This document shows, piece by piece, positions 18,971 to 30,537 of a stretch of DNA of 64,000 nt; positions within the stretch are counted from its first letter, which is position 1, and each line of letters starts with the position of its first letter. The translations under genes and the position numbers were made by a program. The stretch comes from a virus: positions 1 to 64,000 of IMG/VR virus record IMGVR_UViG_3300025701_000007; one strand, 5' to 3'. The notes beneath the pieces are model-generated. The model was given only the letters and a program-made list of their open reading frames with translations, had not been told where the DNA came from and did not search any database.

Positions 18971-19435
18971 ATGGATAGAAAAAATGATCAGAGAAAGTTT
19001 GAGTTTACGTTATACTTAAACGATAATATTATTGTGCAAAGGTATTTTAATATCATTGGTTTCAATAAAAGAGCCATAAACTCAATCAACTTCAAAGAAG
19101 CTGTAGATGATAACATGGAGTTAATAAAGGATGTTCTAAAAGAAAGAGCTGTTGATTTCATAAACAAATATCAGTACAGATTTTACGATACCCCTGGATA
19201 TGAACAAAACGATTCAGAAGACAAATTAAAAATAGTTGTTAAAAGAGAAGGTAAGGTCATAGCTTATAGAGAATGGGATGCAACCGTATACCCAGTTAAA
19301 ATTAGATACACTGTAGATGTAAGAGAGTATATATATGAGCTAATCACTAGAATACAGAAATGTCTATGTACTCAGGACAAATATCTGGAAACAGAATACA
19401 TGGGTTACAATTTAGAAATGGATTTAGAACAATAA
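18971..19435 (+). CDS. Hypothetical protein in replication operon
   Basis: ORF between the nuclease and helicase; the in-frame ATG at 18971 after an A-rich stretch is preferred over 18938. Confidence 0.7.
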   Translation: MDRKNDQRKFEFTLYLNDNIIVQRYFNIIGFNKRAINSINFKEAVDDNMELIKDVLKERAVDFINKYQYRFYDTPGYEQNDSEDKLKIVVKREGKVIAYREWDATVYPVKIRYTVDVREYIYELITRIQKCLCTQDKYLETEYMGYNLEMDLEQ

Positions 19436-19450
19436 AATAAAAATAAAATA

Positions 19451-20842
19451 ATGAATCATACTATAAGTAGTTTCGAAGACCTAGGTAAAGACTTTCAAAT
19501 ACAATTAATAAATGAGATAATTACAGATCATAAATTTGGTAAATCCATTATAGAGATAATGAAACCAGATTTCTTCCCAGCCGAGGCTTTTAGAAAGATA
19601 ATACACATCATAAAGAATTATCATGAAACTGGTGATGTGTTACCTAACTTTAAAAGTTTAGGTATAGCCATTAATGAAGAAATACCACAAGAACACGAAG
19701 CTTTAAGAGCTCAGCTAACAGATACTTTAAGTGTAATAGAATCGTGTAACATTGGTAATATAAACGTACAGAGTAACGCTATAAAATTCTGTAGGTTACA
19801 ATCTATAAGAAATGCTATAAACGAGGTTAAAACCAAGTTAGATAGAGGTATTATATCTGATTACGATGAGATAGAAAAGAAGATAAAAGATGCTATTACC
19901 TTTAGAGACGAAAAAGACCCTATATTACTTTTCGATAACCTAGACAATGTATTATCAGAAGACTTCAGGTTACCAATACCAACTGGTATAAAAGGTATCG
20001 ATGATATAACTAAAGGGGGTTTATCCAAAGGGGAGTTAGCTATGGTTATAGCACCATTAGGGGTAGGTAAAACAACTTTTCTAACCAAGGTAGCTAACAC
20101 AGGTTTCTTGGAAGGTAAGACAGTGTTACAGATATTTTTTGAAGATAAAGAAGAGGCTATTCAAAGAAAACACTTTTCAGCATTAACTGGTATACCACTA
20201 AGTGAACTACACTTGAATAAGGAGTTGATAACGACTAAGGTAAACGCGATTAAATCCGAACACAAAAACGAGTTATATCTACAAAAACTACCATCAGATG
20301 GTACAACGATCACTAAGATAAAGAATGTGATAAAAAAGATAAACTCAAAAGGTACCAAAGTAGACTTACTAGTTTTAGATTATATCGATTGTTTATCAAT
20401 GGATAAAGGTAATTCTGGTTCTGAAGAATGGTCTAACGAGGGTAAGATAATGCGTAAGTTTGAGACCATGGTTGAGGAGATGAACGTAGCCGCCTGGACC
20501 GCAACACAAGGTAATAGAAGTGCTACTAGTGTTGAAGTTGTTAAAACAGAAAACATGGGTGGTAATCTTAAAAAGGCTCAGATAGCTCACTTTATAATGA
20601 GTATAGGTAAAACTTTGGAACAAAAAGAGCAAAAAGTGGCCACTATATCTATTTTAAAGAACAGAATGGGTGATGATGGTATGATATTCAAGGATTGTCT
20701 TTTCGATAATTCTACGATCAATATCGACACAGACGACCTATTGACTGAGAACGGATTTGAATCCCAAAAGAAGGCTAAAAAAATGGAGGGATTAAGAAAT
20801 TATTTAAACAAAGAAATTACTAATATTTCTAGTGAAATGTAA
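19451..20842 (+). CDS. dnaB: Replicative DNA helicase (DnaB/T4 gp41 family)
   Basis: IPTGIKGID, Walker [24 protein letters not shown] and KNRMG motifs. Confidence 0.92.
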   Translation: MNHTISSFEDLGKDFQIQLINEIITDHKFGKSIIEIMKPDFFPAEAFRKIIHIIKNYHETGDVLPNFKSLGIAINEEIPQEHEALRAQLTDTLSVIESCNIGNINVQSNAIKFCRLQSIRNAINEVKTKLDRGIISDYDEIEKKIKDAITFRDEKDPILLFDNLDNVLSEDFRLPIPTGIKGIDDITKGGLSKGELAMVIAPLGVGKTTFLTKVANTGFLEGKTVLQIFFEDKEEAIQRKHFSALTGIPLSELHLNKELITTKVNAIKSEHKNELYLQKLPSDGTTITKIKNVIKKINSKGTKVDLLVLDYIDCLSMDKGNSGSEEWSNEGKIMRKFETMVEEMNVAAWTATQGNRSATSVEVVKTENMGGNLKKAQIAHFIMSIGKTLEQKEQKVATISILKNRMGDDGMIFKDCLFDNSTINIDTDDLLTENGFESQKKAKKMEGLRNYLNKEITNISSEM

Positions 20843-20863
20843 AAGTATTAGTATATTTACACA

Positions 20864-20871
20864 TATTTATT
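20864..20871 (+). promoter_or_regulatory. Late-promoter-like TATTTATT upstream of nrdB
   Basis: 7/8 match to the recurrent TATTTATA, 15 nt before the ATG at 20887. Confidence 0.4.
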
Positions 20872-20886
20872 TACAAAACAAAAATT

Positions 20887-21837
20887 ATGAAAGAACCAAT
20901 TTTAGAAGAGAACCCAAATAGATTCGTTATATTCCCAATAGAACATGACGATATATGGGAATATTACCAACAACACCAAGCAGCGTTCTGGACGGCAGAA
21001 GAAGTTGATTTATCTAACGACATTAGAGACTGGGAAAGTTTAACCGATAACGAAAGGTACTTCATAAAAAATATATTATCATTCTTTGCATCATCTGATG
21101 GTATCGTTAATGAAAATTTAGCAGAAAACTTCTTAAAGGAAGTACAATACCCAGAAGCTAAGTTCTTTTACGGTATTCAGATAGCTATGGAGAACATACA
21201 TAGTCTAATGTACTCTCTATTGATTGATACATACATATCTGATTCAAAAGAAAAGATGGACAGCTTCAATGCATTAGAGAAACTACCAGCAGTACAAAAG
21301 AAAGCTAAATGGGCTTTAGACTGGATAGAAAACGCTTCTTTCCAAGAAAGGTTAGTAGCATTTGCAGCGGTTGAAGGTATATTCTTTTCAGGATCATTCG
21401 CATCAATATTCTGGTTGAAATCTAGAGGTTTAATGCAGGGACTATGTAACGCTAATACGTTAATCTTTAAGGACGAAAACTTACATTGCGATTTCGCTAT
21501 ACACTTAAGTAATAAACATGTTGTTAATAAGTTATCAGAAGAAAGAATCAAAGAAATACTATTATCAGCACTAGAAATAGAAAAGGAGTTTATCACGGAA
21601 TCACTACCAGTATCTTTAATTGGTATGAACTCCAATATGATGAAACAGTACCTAGAGTTCGTTACAGATGGTCTTCTATCTAAGTTTGGTTGTAAGAAAG
21701 AGTTTAATGTGGAGCAACCATTTAAATTCATGGAGCAGATAGCGGTTGAAACTAAGGGTAACTTCTTCGAGTCAAGAACCGTAGAATACCAAAAAGCCAA
21801 ACTTAACGAAAAACTAAGTTTTACTGACGACTTCTAA
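20887..21837 (+). CDS. nrdB: Ribonucleotide reductase class Ia beta subunit
   Basis: [48 protein letters not shown] and NFFESR motifs. Confidence 0.97.
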   Translation: MKEPILEENPNRFVIFPIEHDDIWEYYQQHQAAFWTAEEVDLSNDIRDWESLTDNERYFIKNILSFFASSDGIVNENLAENFLKEVQYPEAKFFYGIQIAMENIHSLMYSLLIDTYISDSKEKMDSFNALEKLPAVQKKAKWALDWIENASFQERLVAFAAVEGIFFSGSFASIFWLKSRGLMQGLCNANTLIFKDENLHCDFAIHLSNKHVVNKLSEERIKEILLSALEIEKEFITESLPVSLIGMNSNMMKQYLEFVTDGLLSKFGCKKEFNVEQPFKFMEQIAVETKGNFFESRTVEYQKAKLNEKLSFTDDF

Positions 21838-21885
21838 ACCAACACCACTAACATTAACAAATAACGAACAATTAATAAAATTTAA

Positions 21886-24297
21886 ATGATAATAAAAAAG
21901 AGAAATGGGAGTGAGGTTTCATTTAACCCAACAAAAATTCTATCCAGAATAAAAAAAGCTACTAAAGGTTTAAAGGTTAACTCTGATGAGATATTCATAA
22001 AGGGTATAACCTCACTACCTAATGAAGGTACTGTTACCACTAGCGAGATTGATAAATTATTAGCTGAAATATGTGCGTCATATACTGGTAGTCACTATGA
22101 TTATAGCAGAATGGCGGCCAATATAGCTATATCTTCTTATCATAAAGAAAGTAACCCTTCGTTCTCAGAAACAATGAAGTTACTTCACGAAGACGGTGTT
22201 ATAAACAAATATTTTATGGATACTCTAGATGAGTATGGTCATGAAAAGGTTGATGCTATAATAGATCACGACAGAGATTTCAGGTTCGATTATTTTGCGT
22301 GGAGATCTTTAAGTGAGATGTACTTAACTAAAACTTCAAACGGGGTTAGGGTAGAAAGACCTCAACACATGTATATGCGTGTAGCTATATGGGTTACTAA
22401 GTCTTTTGAGGAAGCTGTAGAATACTACGAATCTCTATCAAAACAATTAATATCACCAGCCACACCTATTATGATTAACTCGGGTACTAAAATACCTCAG
22501 TTAGCTTCTTGTGTATTACACTACAACAATGAAGACTCTAGAGAAGGTCTATTAGGTACCTTAAGAGATGTATCCGTATACTCTGCTGATGCTGCTGGTA
22601 TCGGGTTATGTATGTCTAACATAAGAAGTAAAGAAAGTAGAATAAGTAGTTCAGGTGGTTTCTCTGGAGGTTTGCTGAAATACCTAAAGATAGTCAACGA
22701 ATCACTTAGATTCTTTAACCAACAAGGTCGTAGACCAGGTAGTGCTGCTATATACATAGAACCATGGCATAAAGACATCGTTGATCTATTAGATATTAAA
22801 AAGAATACTGGTGCAGAGGAATTAAGAGCCAGAGATTTATTCACATCATTATGGATACCAGACAACTTCATGGAAGCAGTACAAAACGATTCCGATTGGC
22901 ACCTATTCTGTCCTAACGATATTAAGAAAGCTGGTATTAAACCACTACAAGAATGTTTCGGTCAGGAATATGAAGATAACTACAATAAAGCTGTTGATTT
23001 AGGTATCGGTAAAAAGGTTAAAGCTCAAGACATCTGGAGTAAAGTCATAGAATCTCAAGTAGAAACTGGTGTACCTTATCTATGTTCAAAAGACAACGCT
23101 AACAAGAAGACTAATCACCAGAACCTAGGTGTTATAAAGCAATCTAACCTATGTAATGAAATATATCAATACACAGATGAAGAAACCACAGCGATATGTA
23201 CACTATCATCAATAGTTATTAAGAATTACGTGTCTAACAAGAGTTTTGATTTCGAGTTATTAAAAACCGAGGTAAGAAAAATAGTTAGAGCGTTAAATAA
23301 GGTTATTGATATAAATGCTTACTCAACAGAGAAAGGTAGAAAAGGTGGGTTAGAACAAAGAGCCATCGCCATAGGTGTACAAGGTTTAGCTGATACATTC
23401 TTTTTAATGGATTACATCTTCACATCAGAAGAAGCTAAAGAATTAAACAAACGTATATTCGAAACTATATACTTCGCTGCGATAACAGAGAGTAATGAGT
23501 TATGTAAAAGCGGTGAATATGAACCTTACTCTAGATTTGAGGGTTCACCTATGTCTAAGTCTGTATTCCAATTTGATATGTGGGGTGTTGATCAAAACGA
23601 TTTAATGTGGGACTGGTCAGAACTTAAAGAGTCTGTTAGAGAACATGGTGTATCTAATAGTTTATTTACAGCACAAATGCCAGTAGCATCATCTGCTAAG
23701 ATAACTGGTTCTTACGAGATGACAGAAGTTATATCATCTAACCTATTCAACAGAAGAGTTGTTGGTGGTGAATTTTTGATCGCTAACAAGTATCTAATAG
23801 AAGACCTAGAAGATTTAAATATTTGGTCAGAAGAATTTAAGAATGATATCATTATGAATGAAGGTTCTATACAAGGAATTAATTTCAATAAATACTTAAA
23901 TCCTAATAAAAGAGGTTACGAAAAGAAAGTAGCTAGAGTGGAGCATTTAATACTTAAATACAAAACTATATGGGAGGTTTCCCAAAAAGAGTTGATAAAT
24001 ATGGCTGCCGATAGAGCACCATTCATAGACCAGTCACAATCAATGAATGTTTATTTCCAAAACCCTAGCATACAAAAACTATCCTCTAGTCATTTCCATG
24101 CGTGGAAAATGGGGTTAAAATCTCTTTGCTACTACGTTAGAACAAAAGCTATATCCACTGGGGCTAAACACTTAGCTATAAGTGTGGAAAACAACGAAGT
24201 GAAAGCCGTAGAGAACAAACCTATGGAACCTAAATTAACCGAAATGTCTGGAACTCAAGACAACAGTGATTTCGAATGCTTCGGGTGTAGCTCTTAA
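21886..24297 (+). CDS. nrdA: Ribonucleotide reductase class Ia alpha subunit with ATP cone
   Basis: N-terminal IKKRNG ATP cone, QLASC, SNLCNEI, ICTLSS, YYVRT and C-terminal CFGCSS. Confidence 0.97.
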   Translation: MIIKKRNGSEVSFNPTKILSRIKKATKGLKVNSDEIFIKGITSLPNEGTVTTSEIDKLLAEICASYTGSHYDYSRMAANIAISSYHKESNPSFSETMKLLHEDGVINKYFMDTLDEYGHEKVDAIIDHDRDFRFDYFAWRSLSEMYLTKTSNGVRVERPQHMYMRVAIWVTKSFEEAVEYYESLSKQLISPATPIMINSGTKIPQLASCVLHYNNEDSREGLLGTLRDVSVYSADAAGIGLCMSNIRSKESRISSSGGFSGGLLKYLKIVNESLRFFNQQGRRPGSAAIYIEPWHKDIVDLLDIKKNTGAEELRARDLFTSLWIPDNFMEAVQNDSDWHLFCPNDIKKAGIKPLQECFGQEYEDNYNKAVDLGIGKKVKAQDIWSKVIESQVETGVPYLCSKDNANKKTNHQNLGVIKQSNLCNEIYQYTDEETTAICTLSSIVIKNYVSNKSFDFELLKTEVRKIVRALNKVIDINAYSTEKGRKGGLEQRAIAIGVQGLADTFFLMDYIFTSEEAKELNKRIFETIYFAAITESNELCKSGEYEPYSRFEGSPMSKSVFQFDMWGVDQNDLMWDWSELKESVREHGVSNSLFTAQMPVASSAKITGSYEMTEVISSNLFNRRVVGGEFLIANKYLIEDLEDLNIWSEEFKNDIIMNEGSIQGINFNKYLNPNKRGYEKKVARVEHLILKYKTIWEVSQKELINMAADRAPFIDQSQSMNVYFQNPSIQKLSSSHFHAWKMGLKSLCYYVRTKAISTGAKHLAISVENNEVKAVENKPMEPKLTEMSGTQDNSDFECFGCSS

Positions 24298-24319
24298 AGT
24301 CTACTACAACAACTAAACT

Positions 24320-24355
24320 AAATCCCATCATTATTGATATAATGATGGGATTTTT
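24320..24355 (+). terminator. Intrinsic terminator after nrdA
   Basis: Perfect 15-bp inverted repeat aaatcccatcattat / ataatgatgggattt with 4-nt loop and T-run. Confidence 0.88.
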
Positions 24356-24380
24356 ATTTACAAAAAATATTTTATTACGA

Positions 24381-24388
24381 TATTTATA
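24381..24388 (+). promoter_or_regulatory. Putative late promoter TATTTATA heading the baseplate operon
   Basis: Located just after a terminator and 11 nt before the gp25-like ATG. Confidence 0.65.
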
Positions 24389-24399
24389 ATAAAATATTT

Positions 24400-24816
24400 A
24401 TGGCCTTAAAGAAACAAACATTTGGAATTGACTTCCCTTTCACTTTCTCGGAAAACGGAGACTACCTTAGATTGACATCTGTACCAGAATCTGAAGTTAA
24501 AGCTATGTTGATACATTTGTTGTTAACTAGAAAGGGTACCAGGTATTATCTACCAGACTTTGGTACGAATATATACCAATACATATTTGAACCTTTAGAT
24601 GATATAACTATAGGTAAAATCGAATCAGAGATAAGTGATGCGGTTGAGAAATATATACCTAACTTAAAATTAAATAACGTTATAATCTCTAGAGTTGGTG
24701 ACGACCCAAAACACCTTAACGATACCGAAAAAGAGCATCAGGTTAGGATAAATCTAGATTATACTATAACAACTAAAACATTCCAATCAAACGGATCTTT
24801 AGCAATAACTATATAA
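24400..24816 (+). CDS. Baseplate wedge/sheath initiator, gp25-like
   Basis: LIHLLLTRKGTRYYLPDFGTNIYQYIFEP...AVEKYIP is the GPW_gp25 signature. Confidence 0.92.
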   Translation: MALKKQTFGIDFPFTFSENGDYLRLTSVPESEVKAMLIHLLLTRKGTRYYLPDFGTNIYQYIFEPLDDITIGKIESEISDAVEKYIPNLKLNNVIISRVGDDPKHLNDTEKEHQVRINLDYTITTKTFQSNGSLAITI

Positions 24817-24820
24817 CAAA

Positions 24821-26641
24821 ATGGCAAGACAAATAAATTACAGTAAAAGAGATTTTGCATCATTAAAAAATGAGCAAATAAATTATATAAAACAGTACTA
24901 CCCAGAAGTTGCACAAAACTTTAATGATGCATCGATACTATCGGTATTTTTAGATTTAAATGCGGCTATAGCGGATAACTTAAACTTCCAAATAGATAGA
25001 GCACTACAGGAGACGGTACTGGATTATGCTCAAGAGAGACAATCATTATATAATATAGCGAAAACTTATGGGTTAAAACTACCAACAAAATCAGCTTCTG
25101 TAGGTGTAGTTGAGTTTAGTGCTCAGGTACCAGTATATGGTGACCAAGAAGATACTAGATACCTACCTATAGTTAGATCTGGTACTCAGGTAACAAATGG
25201 TACTAATACTTACGAAGTTTTATATGATATAGACTTTAACTCAGCTGTTAATAGTTCAGGTAAATCTGATAGAACAAAATTACCTATATTTACTAACGGT
25301 AAATTAACTGGTTATACCATAACCAAGACTGGGTTGATCGTGGCAGGTGTAACTAAAACATTTACTCAAGTATTTGCTAAAAGTAACCCTTTTCAAATGA
25401 TAACCCTACCAGAAAACAATGTATTATCAGTAGATTCTGTTATACATAAAACTGGTACTAGCTATACAGCGATACCAACATTAAACGAATTTAATAACAG
25501 TCCAAACAAGTGGTATGAAGTACCATCGTTGGCCGAAGATAATGTGTTTGTAGAAGACCCAAATTCACCAAGAATAGACGGTATAGCGAAAGGTATTTAT
25601 GAAAAAATAGATCAAAGGTATATAGTAGAATACACACCTAATGGTTTCTGTCAACTAACATTTGGGTCACAAACCGATTCATCTATGGATATTCTAGATG
25701 ATTTCATGGATTCTGGTGGTTTTGATTTAAAAAGTTTCTTAAGAAACGGCAGTTTAGGTATGGCACCTATAGCCAATACAACTATGTATATAAAATATAG
25801 AATAGGTGGTGGTGTTGATTCAAATGCTGGTACAGGAACTATAACAGAAATATCTAGACCCATAATTGATATATCTGGACCAGACCAGACAATAGTTAAT
25901 AGCGTTATAGCGAGTATGGAAGTGACTAACACTACGCCAGCCCTAGGTGGTTCAGACGAACCTAGTATAGAAGAATTAAGACAATATATTGCTTATAACT
26001 TCTCAGCTCAAAATAGAGCTGTAACACTTAACGACTACAAAGCGTTAATTATGTCTATGCCTAGTACATTCGGGACTCCAGCTAAAACTAGTATAACACA
26101 AAGATCTAATAAAATAGAGATAGGTGTATTAAGTTACGATAACGACGGAAATATATCGAATTCGGTTACATCACTTTTGATGGAAAATGTGGCTGCATAC
26201 TTATCCAAGTACAGAATGATAAATGATTACGTAATAGTTAAACCAGCAGAAATAATTAATATAGGTTTTGAGATATCCGTTATAGTGGAAACTGGTCAGA
26301 ATACTCAAGTATCTAGTAGGATAAGTAATTTAGTTAACTCTGAATTTACTAACGACAAAACAAATCTGGGTAAACACTACAGCGTAGGTAGTCTAGCTAG
26401 TAAGATAACACAGGTAGACGGTGTTATTAACGTTAACTATATAAAAGTATTCAACAAAACGGGTGCTGGATACTCAAGTAACAGAACTAAACAAAGATTA
26501 AGTGATGTTAGTACGGGTGAAATAGATATATCAGGTAACGTAGTCCTGGTAGAGGAACACCAAATGTTAAGTATTAAAAACCCAGACGTTGACATTAAGA
26601 CTGTGACGTTAACAACCAACATAATAAATCAAAATGGATAG
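24821..26641 (+). CDS. Baseplate wedge subunit, T4 gp6/baseplate J-like
   Basis: RDFASLK, AQERQSLYNIAKTYG, LTFG, GGSDEPSIEELR and QNRAVTLNDY motifs. Confidence 0.9.
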   Translation: MARQINYSKRDFASLKNEQINYIKQYYPEVAQNFNDASILSVFLDLNAAIADNLNFQIDRALQETVLDYAQERQSLYNIAKTYGLKLPTKSASVGVVEFSAQVPVYGDQEDTRYLPIVRSGTQVTNGTNTYEVLYDIDFNSAVNSSGKSDRTKLPIFTNGKLTGYTITKTGLIVAGVTKTFTQVFAKSNPFQMITLPENNVLSVDSVIHKTGTSYTAIPTLNEFNNSPNKWYEVPSLAEDNVFVEDPNSPRIDGIAKGIYEKIDQRYIVEYTPNGFCQLTFGSQTDSSMDILDDFMDSGGFDLKSFLRNGSLGMAPIANTTMYIKYRIGGGVDSNAGTGTITEISRPIIDISGPDQTIVNSVIASMEVTNTTPALGGSDEPSIEELRQYIAYNFSAQNRAVTLNDYKALIMSMPSTFGTPAKTSITQRSNKIEIGVLSYDNDGNISNSVTSLLMENVAAYLSKYRMINDYVIVKPAEIINIGFEISVIVETGQNTQVSSRISNLVNSEFTNDKTNLGKHYSVGSLASKITQVDGVINVNYIKVFNKTGAGYSSNRTKQRLSDVSTGEIDISGNVVLVEEHQMLSIKNPDVDIKTVTLTTNIINQNG

Positions 26642-28847
26642 AAATATTAGGATAGTTTTAAATGAAGAAGGTGGAAATGAAAGGGTATTAATTAATTTAG
26701 AAGAAGAATTCGATAATTTAGAAATCTTAAGTCTAAAGATTAGTAGTGACGATGTGTACGCCAGATCATCTTCAGACTTCGGAACCATAGTAGGTAGAGT
26801 ACAAACCTCAAACGGTTACGGTCTAGAGAACGCTAAAGTCTCTATATTCGTACCAATAGAAGTGGGTGACAAAGAAAGACCTGAGATAACGGAGTTATAT
26901 CCATTTGAAACGATAAATGATCAATTCCCTAACGGGGTTAGATATAATTTATTACCTAGAGTAAGAAACCAAAACCCTAGCCACAGAGCAGTAGGTAATC
27001 TACCGACTATCAACGATTTAACACATTACCCTCAGTATTTAGAGATAATGGAGAAATATTACAAGTATACTGTAACAACCAATAAATCTGGTGATTACAT
27101 GATATTTGGTGTACCAGTAGGCTCACATAATATTATAATGGACTTTGATATATTCGATACTAATAGTATGGAAGTTACGGCAAACGATTTAGTTGACAAC
27201 CAATCAGAATATCAAAATATTAAAAACTTATCTGAAGCTGTAAACGCTGAAGATGATAACAACCCAAACAAAGTACCTAACTTTATATACACTGGTAACG
27301 ATACTTTCAATGTAGAAGTTAAAACGGATATAAACTCGATGCCTAATATATTTAACGAGGTTAAACAAGTTACAGTTTCACCTTTTTGGGGTGACGATGA
27401 AGAACATGATGTAGGTATAACTAGATGTGACTTTAAAGTTGATTATGATTATACACCCACAGCTATATTTTTCGGTTGGTTAGGGTCACCTTCAGCAGGT
27501 TATAAAGTTAAACCAGACTACACTATGGGTGGAGACTTAAGTAAACTAGAGGTAGCAGGTTACAACAAAGAATTAGAAAAAAATACTGGGGAGATATGGC
27601 CACTACAAGAACTTATAGTCGTGGTTTACAAATTAGATGACAACTTAACTCCTGGAAGTAGAGTCAGAGTGGGTGCTTTTAGGTCAGAAAGAGGTACAGG
27701 TGTTTTTAGAATATCACTACCGATGTACATGGATTACGTAAAAGTAAACCAGTTTGGTGACATGGTACCTACCGACGATAAAGAAAATAGTATACCCACA
27801 AAAGGGTATTACGCATTCGAGATGTTTGAACAAAACGAAGCCTGGAATGATAGAGTACCATGGGGTAGTTATAACCACTCTAAAGTACCTGGTATAAGAG
27901 TACCTTCGTCAACAAAAGGCGAAGTATTAACAGGTGGATGGGAAGGCACCAACTCGGGTTTATTTGAGTATGACATAGTGAACAGAATTAGAAAATTCTA
28001 CACTATAAAAAGTAAATACAATAGACATTTAAACACTAACATGAGCCAACCTGGTTCCTCCATAAACTTTTTTCCAGAAGAAAATGAAAATCTAGACGTA
28101 GCGTGGAACTTCCCTATAAACAGAAGTCAAGTCGACAAAATTGACACAGAAATCTCTGTGTTAGGTTCAGCTATTATACCTAGATACGAAATGTCCGCAA
28201 ATGTGGACCCAAATAAGATAAGTAATGATGATTACGACCCAAACGTATCATCTCCAGAAAATATAATAAATTTAATAACGGTACCACCTGAGATATCATA
28301 CGGTAGAGTTAAGAGTTATGAGTATCATAAAGGTATTGGTGTAAGGTTAGACGGTAAAAATAGTGGAGAGATTTATTCTGAGATATTCAGACCAGATCAA
28401 TTCATTAGCTGGGATCAACCATTTAAAAATTGGTACGGGGATAATAATACCTTTAATTATGGTGATAACGGACCCGCTATACCCACTTTATTCGCAATAG
28501 AGTTAGCTAAAAACGAAGATTCTACTGATAGAAATAAAATACATAGACCCTTTAACCAAGCGTATAGTAAGAGATACAGTTTAGGTCCTTTTTTATCGTC
28601 AAATGATAACCAAAACAAATTTCCTTTAATAGAATTTGGTATAGAGGATGTTACTGAAGATTTAGACGGGTTAATAGGTAATGGTATTTACACATCTTAC
28701 GGTTTCTATACTGGTAGTATTAAACCTACTGAGTTCGAACCAGAAATATCTAATAGATATAGAGGTAAATACTATTATTTCGGAATGTGGGACAGTCTAA
28801 ATGCTTTAAAATCAATAGAAAAAAATTATTTTACTAAATATGAGTGA
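26634..28847 (+). CDS. Baseplate/tail structural protein with carboxypeptidase-regulatory-like beta domain
   Basis: GTIVGRV...GLENAKVSIF and TTNKSGDYMIFGVPVG motifs; operon context. Confidence 0.55.
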   Translation: MDRNIRIVLNEEGGNERVLINLEEEFDNLEILSLKISSDDVYARSSSDFGTIVGRVQTSNGYGLENAKVSIFVPIEVGDKERPEITELYPFETINDQFPNGVRYNLLPRVRNQNPSHRAVGNLPTINDLTHYPQYLEIMEKYYKYTVTTNKSGDYMIFGVPVGSHNIIMDFDIFDTNSMEVTANDLVDNQSEYQNIKNLSEAVNAEDDNNPNKVPNFIYTGNDTFNVEVKTDINSMPNIFNEVKQVTVSPFWGDDEEHDVGITRCDFKVDYDYTPTAIFFGWLGSPSAGYKVKPDYTMGGDLSKLEVAGYNKELEKNTGEIWPLQELIVVVYKLDDNLTPGSRVRVGAFRSERGTGVFRISLPMYMDYVKVNQFGDMVPTDDKENSIPTKGYYAFEMFEQNEAWNDRVPWGSYNHSKVPGIRVPSSTKGEVLTGGWEGTNSGLFEYDIVNRIRKFYTIKSKYNRHLNTNMSQPGSSINFFPEENENLDVAWNFPINRSQVDKIDTEISVLGSAIIPRYEMSANVDPNKISNDDYDPNVSSPENIINLITVPPEISYGRVKSYEYHKGIGVRLDGKNSGEIYSEIFRPDQFISWDQPFKNWYGDNNTFNYGDNGPAIPTLFAIELAKNEDSTDRNKIHRPFNQAYSKRYSLGPFLSSNDNQNKFPLIEFGIEDVTEDLDGLIGNGIYTSYGFYTGSIKPTEFEPEISNRYRGKYYYFGMWDSLNALKSIEKNYFTKYE

Positions 28848-30537
28848 TATTATAGAGATATTGGGTGAGAATAAATTTGTTGGTGGTGAAAACCAGAGTC
28901 TTAAAAGTAGAATAATACTAGAAGAACCATCTAAAATAAAAAACGAATATAATTTATTTAATAGCGTTTCGGAGTACAACCAGTTTATAACCGAAAAGCA
29001 AGAAAATGACGTTTATAAGGTTTATGGTACTATAACCCCATCAATAATGAAAGACGCATTTTTCCGTAACGTAAAATTAAATATAGATACCAATCCACTA
29101 GATTTTAATAAGGAGAACTGGTCCTTAGTTATGTGTAAACCAGTTAAATATTCCAATACGGAAAAGGGTAAAAAGGTATTTAATATAAGGTATAATGATA
29201 TAATCACTAAACAAGATGAGTTTTTTGATCTGGATTTATCTAATGGGTTACCAGCATCACTATCATCACTATCACCATTTCAAGCAAGAAATAGTCGTAA
29301 GTCAACGGTTAACACAACCCTATACATGAATCTAGGTCACAATTTAAATATAGGTGATCAAATCTATATAAAATCAGAAGACCCTAGAGTACCAACTGGC
29401 TTATGTTTCATTAAAAACATTAATGGTAATCAAATTACCACCGACTTAAACATAAGCGTGACTTCACTCATAGCACCAGAAAAAGCAAATCTTAAGGCTA
29501 ATAATGACCTAAAATTTGGTTCTATGATAACACCACCATCCTCATCCCCATCATCATCTAATAGATATACTGGTGTTGTTAGAGGTATACAAACAACTGA
29601 AAACTCCAGCACTTTAGTAAATCAACTTAAAGCAGAGAGACCTACACCATACTCTTTGATAAACCCTAAAATGGCGGTTTCAAAAGTTATAGACAACGAA
29701 GTATTAGAATATTACGTAAAACAAGTGGAGGCTATAGAAGTATTGGAAAGTTTTGATGAATGTGCTTTTTCAAAAAACTTATATGGTGACAAAATATTTA
29801 ATTTTTATTTTAATAAAAATTATGATATAACCGATACCTTAGATAATAAGGATGAACCCCTAACAAAGTGTTACGTAGGTATCATAAAAAACGGTTGTAC
29901 TGAAGGAAAAGAATTTAGTGAAGTTGAGTCTAATTTTAGTAATTTAATTGAATATACTAATCCAGGTGAAGGCATCAAAACTATCGCCAATACGTCAACA
30001 ACTACCGTAAGTAACAAACCTAAAGTAGGCGATACCTATGATATAGGTATTTTCGAATACTCTAAAGAAAATCTAACAGAAGAACCTGTTAGTCACATAG
30101 AACATAATTTTCTACTAAGTAATACGATATTCAAATACAAACCTTTCACAGAGATAACTCTAAAGAACATGTCTAGTTACCTAGAGGACTCAGAATCTAA
30201 TAACTTTATACCAACATACGCTAAATACAGTAAAAATAGAGATAAATATATATGGAGAGATGTGATAGATATAGGGGTTTCAGATGAAGATGGTACTATA
30301 CTAGATTTCCCGTTTTTAAACGGTTGTAGGTATAGTTATACTAGGTTACCCTTTAACGTACTAATCGAAAAAAACAAGGTTAAAAAATACAAACTAAATG
30401 TAAACGACATAAGCAACATAGATTCGGTAAATTCTATTGATGATTACGTAAGAAGTATTACAGAAGATTTATTTGGTGATAACCAGAATGATAATAAAGA
30501 CAAACCTTACCAACCATACACCAACGAACAATGCTAA
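28840..30537 (+). CDS. Putative virion structural protein
   Basis: 565 aa ORF overlapping its neighbours in the baseplate operon. Confidence 0.5.
   Translation: MSDIIEILGENKFVGGENQSLKSRIILEEPSKIKNEYNLFNSVSEYNQFITEKQENDVYKVYGTITPSIMKDAFFRNVKLNIDTNPLDFNKENWSLVMCKPVKYSNTEKGKKVFNIRYNDIITKQDEFFDLDLSNGLPASLSSLSPFQARNSRKSTVNTTLYMNLGHNLNIGDQIYIKSEDPRVPTGLCFIKNINGNQITTDLNISVTSLIAPEKANLKANNDLKFGSMITPPSSSPSSSNRYTGVVRGIQTTENSSTLVNQLKAERPTPYSLINPKMAVSKVIDNEVLEYYVKQVEAIEVLESFDECAFSKNLYGDKIFNFYFNKNYDITDTLDNKDEPLTKCYVGIIKNGCTEGKEFSEVESNFSNLIEYTNPGEGIKTIANTSTTTVSNKPKVGDTYDIGIFEYSKENLTEEPVSHIEHNFLLSNTIFKYKPFTEITLKNMSSYLEDSESNNFIPTYAKYSKNRDKYIWRDVIDIGVSDEDGTILDFPFLNGCRYSYTRLPFNVLIEKNKVKKYKLNVNDISNIDSVNSIDDYVRSITEDLFGDNQNDNKDKPYQPYTNEQC

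Noticed and set aside
21177-21800. 207-aa minus-strand ORF
   Set aside because: Exact antisense shadow of the well-conserved nrdB with no recognisable motifs; explained by codon bias.
24400-26641. Bacterial contractile injection system (eCIS/T6SS) interpretation of the gp25/gp6 genes
   Set aside because: Interleaved with phage-type replication genes (gp32, UvsX, gp41, gp46/47), which indicates a phage genome.
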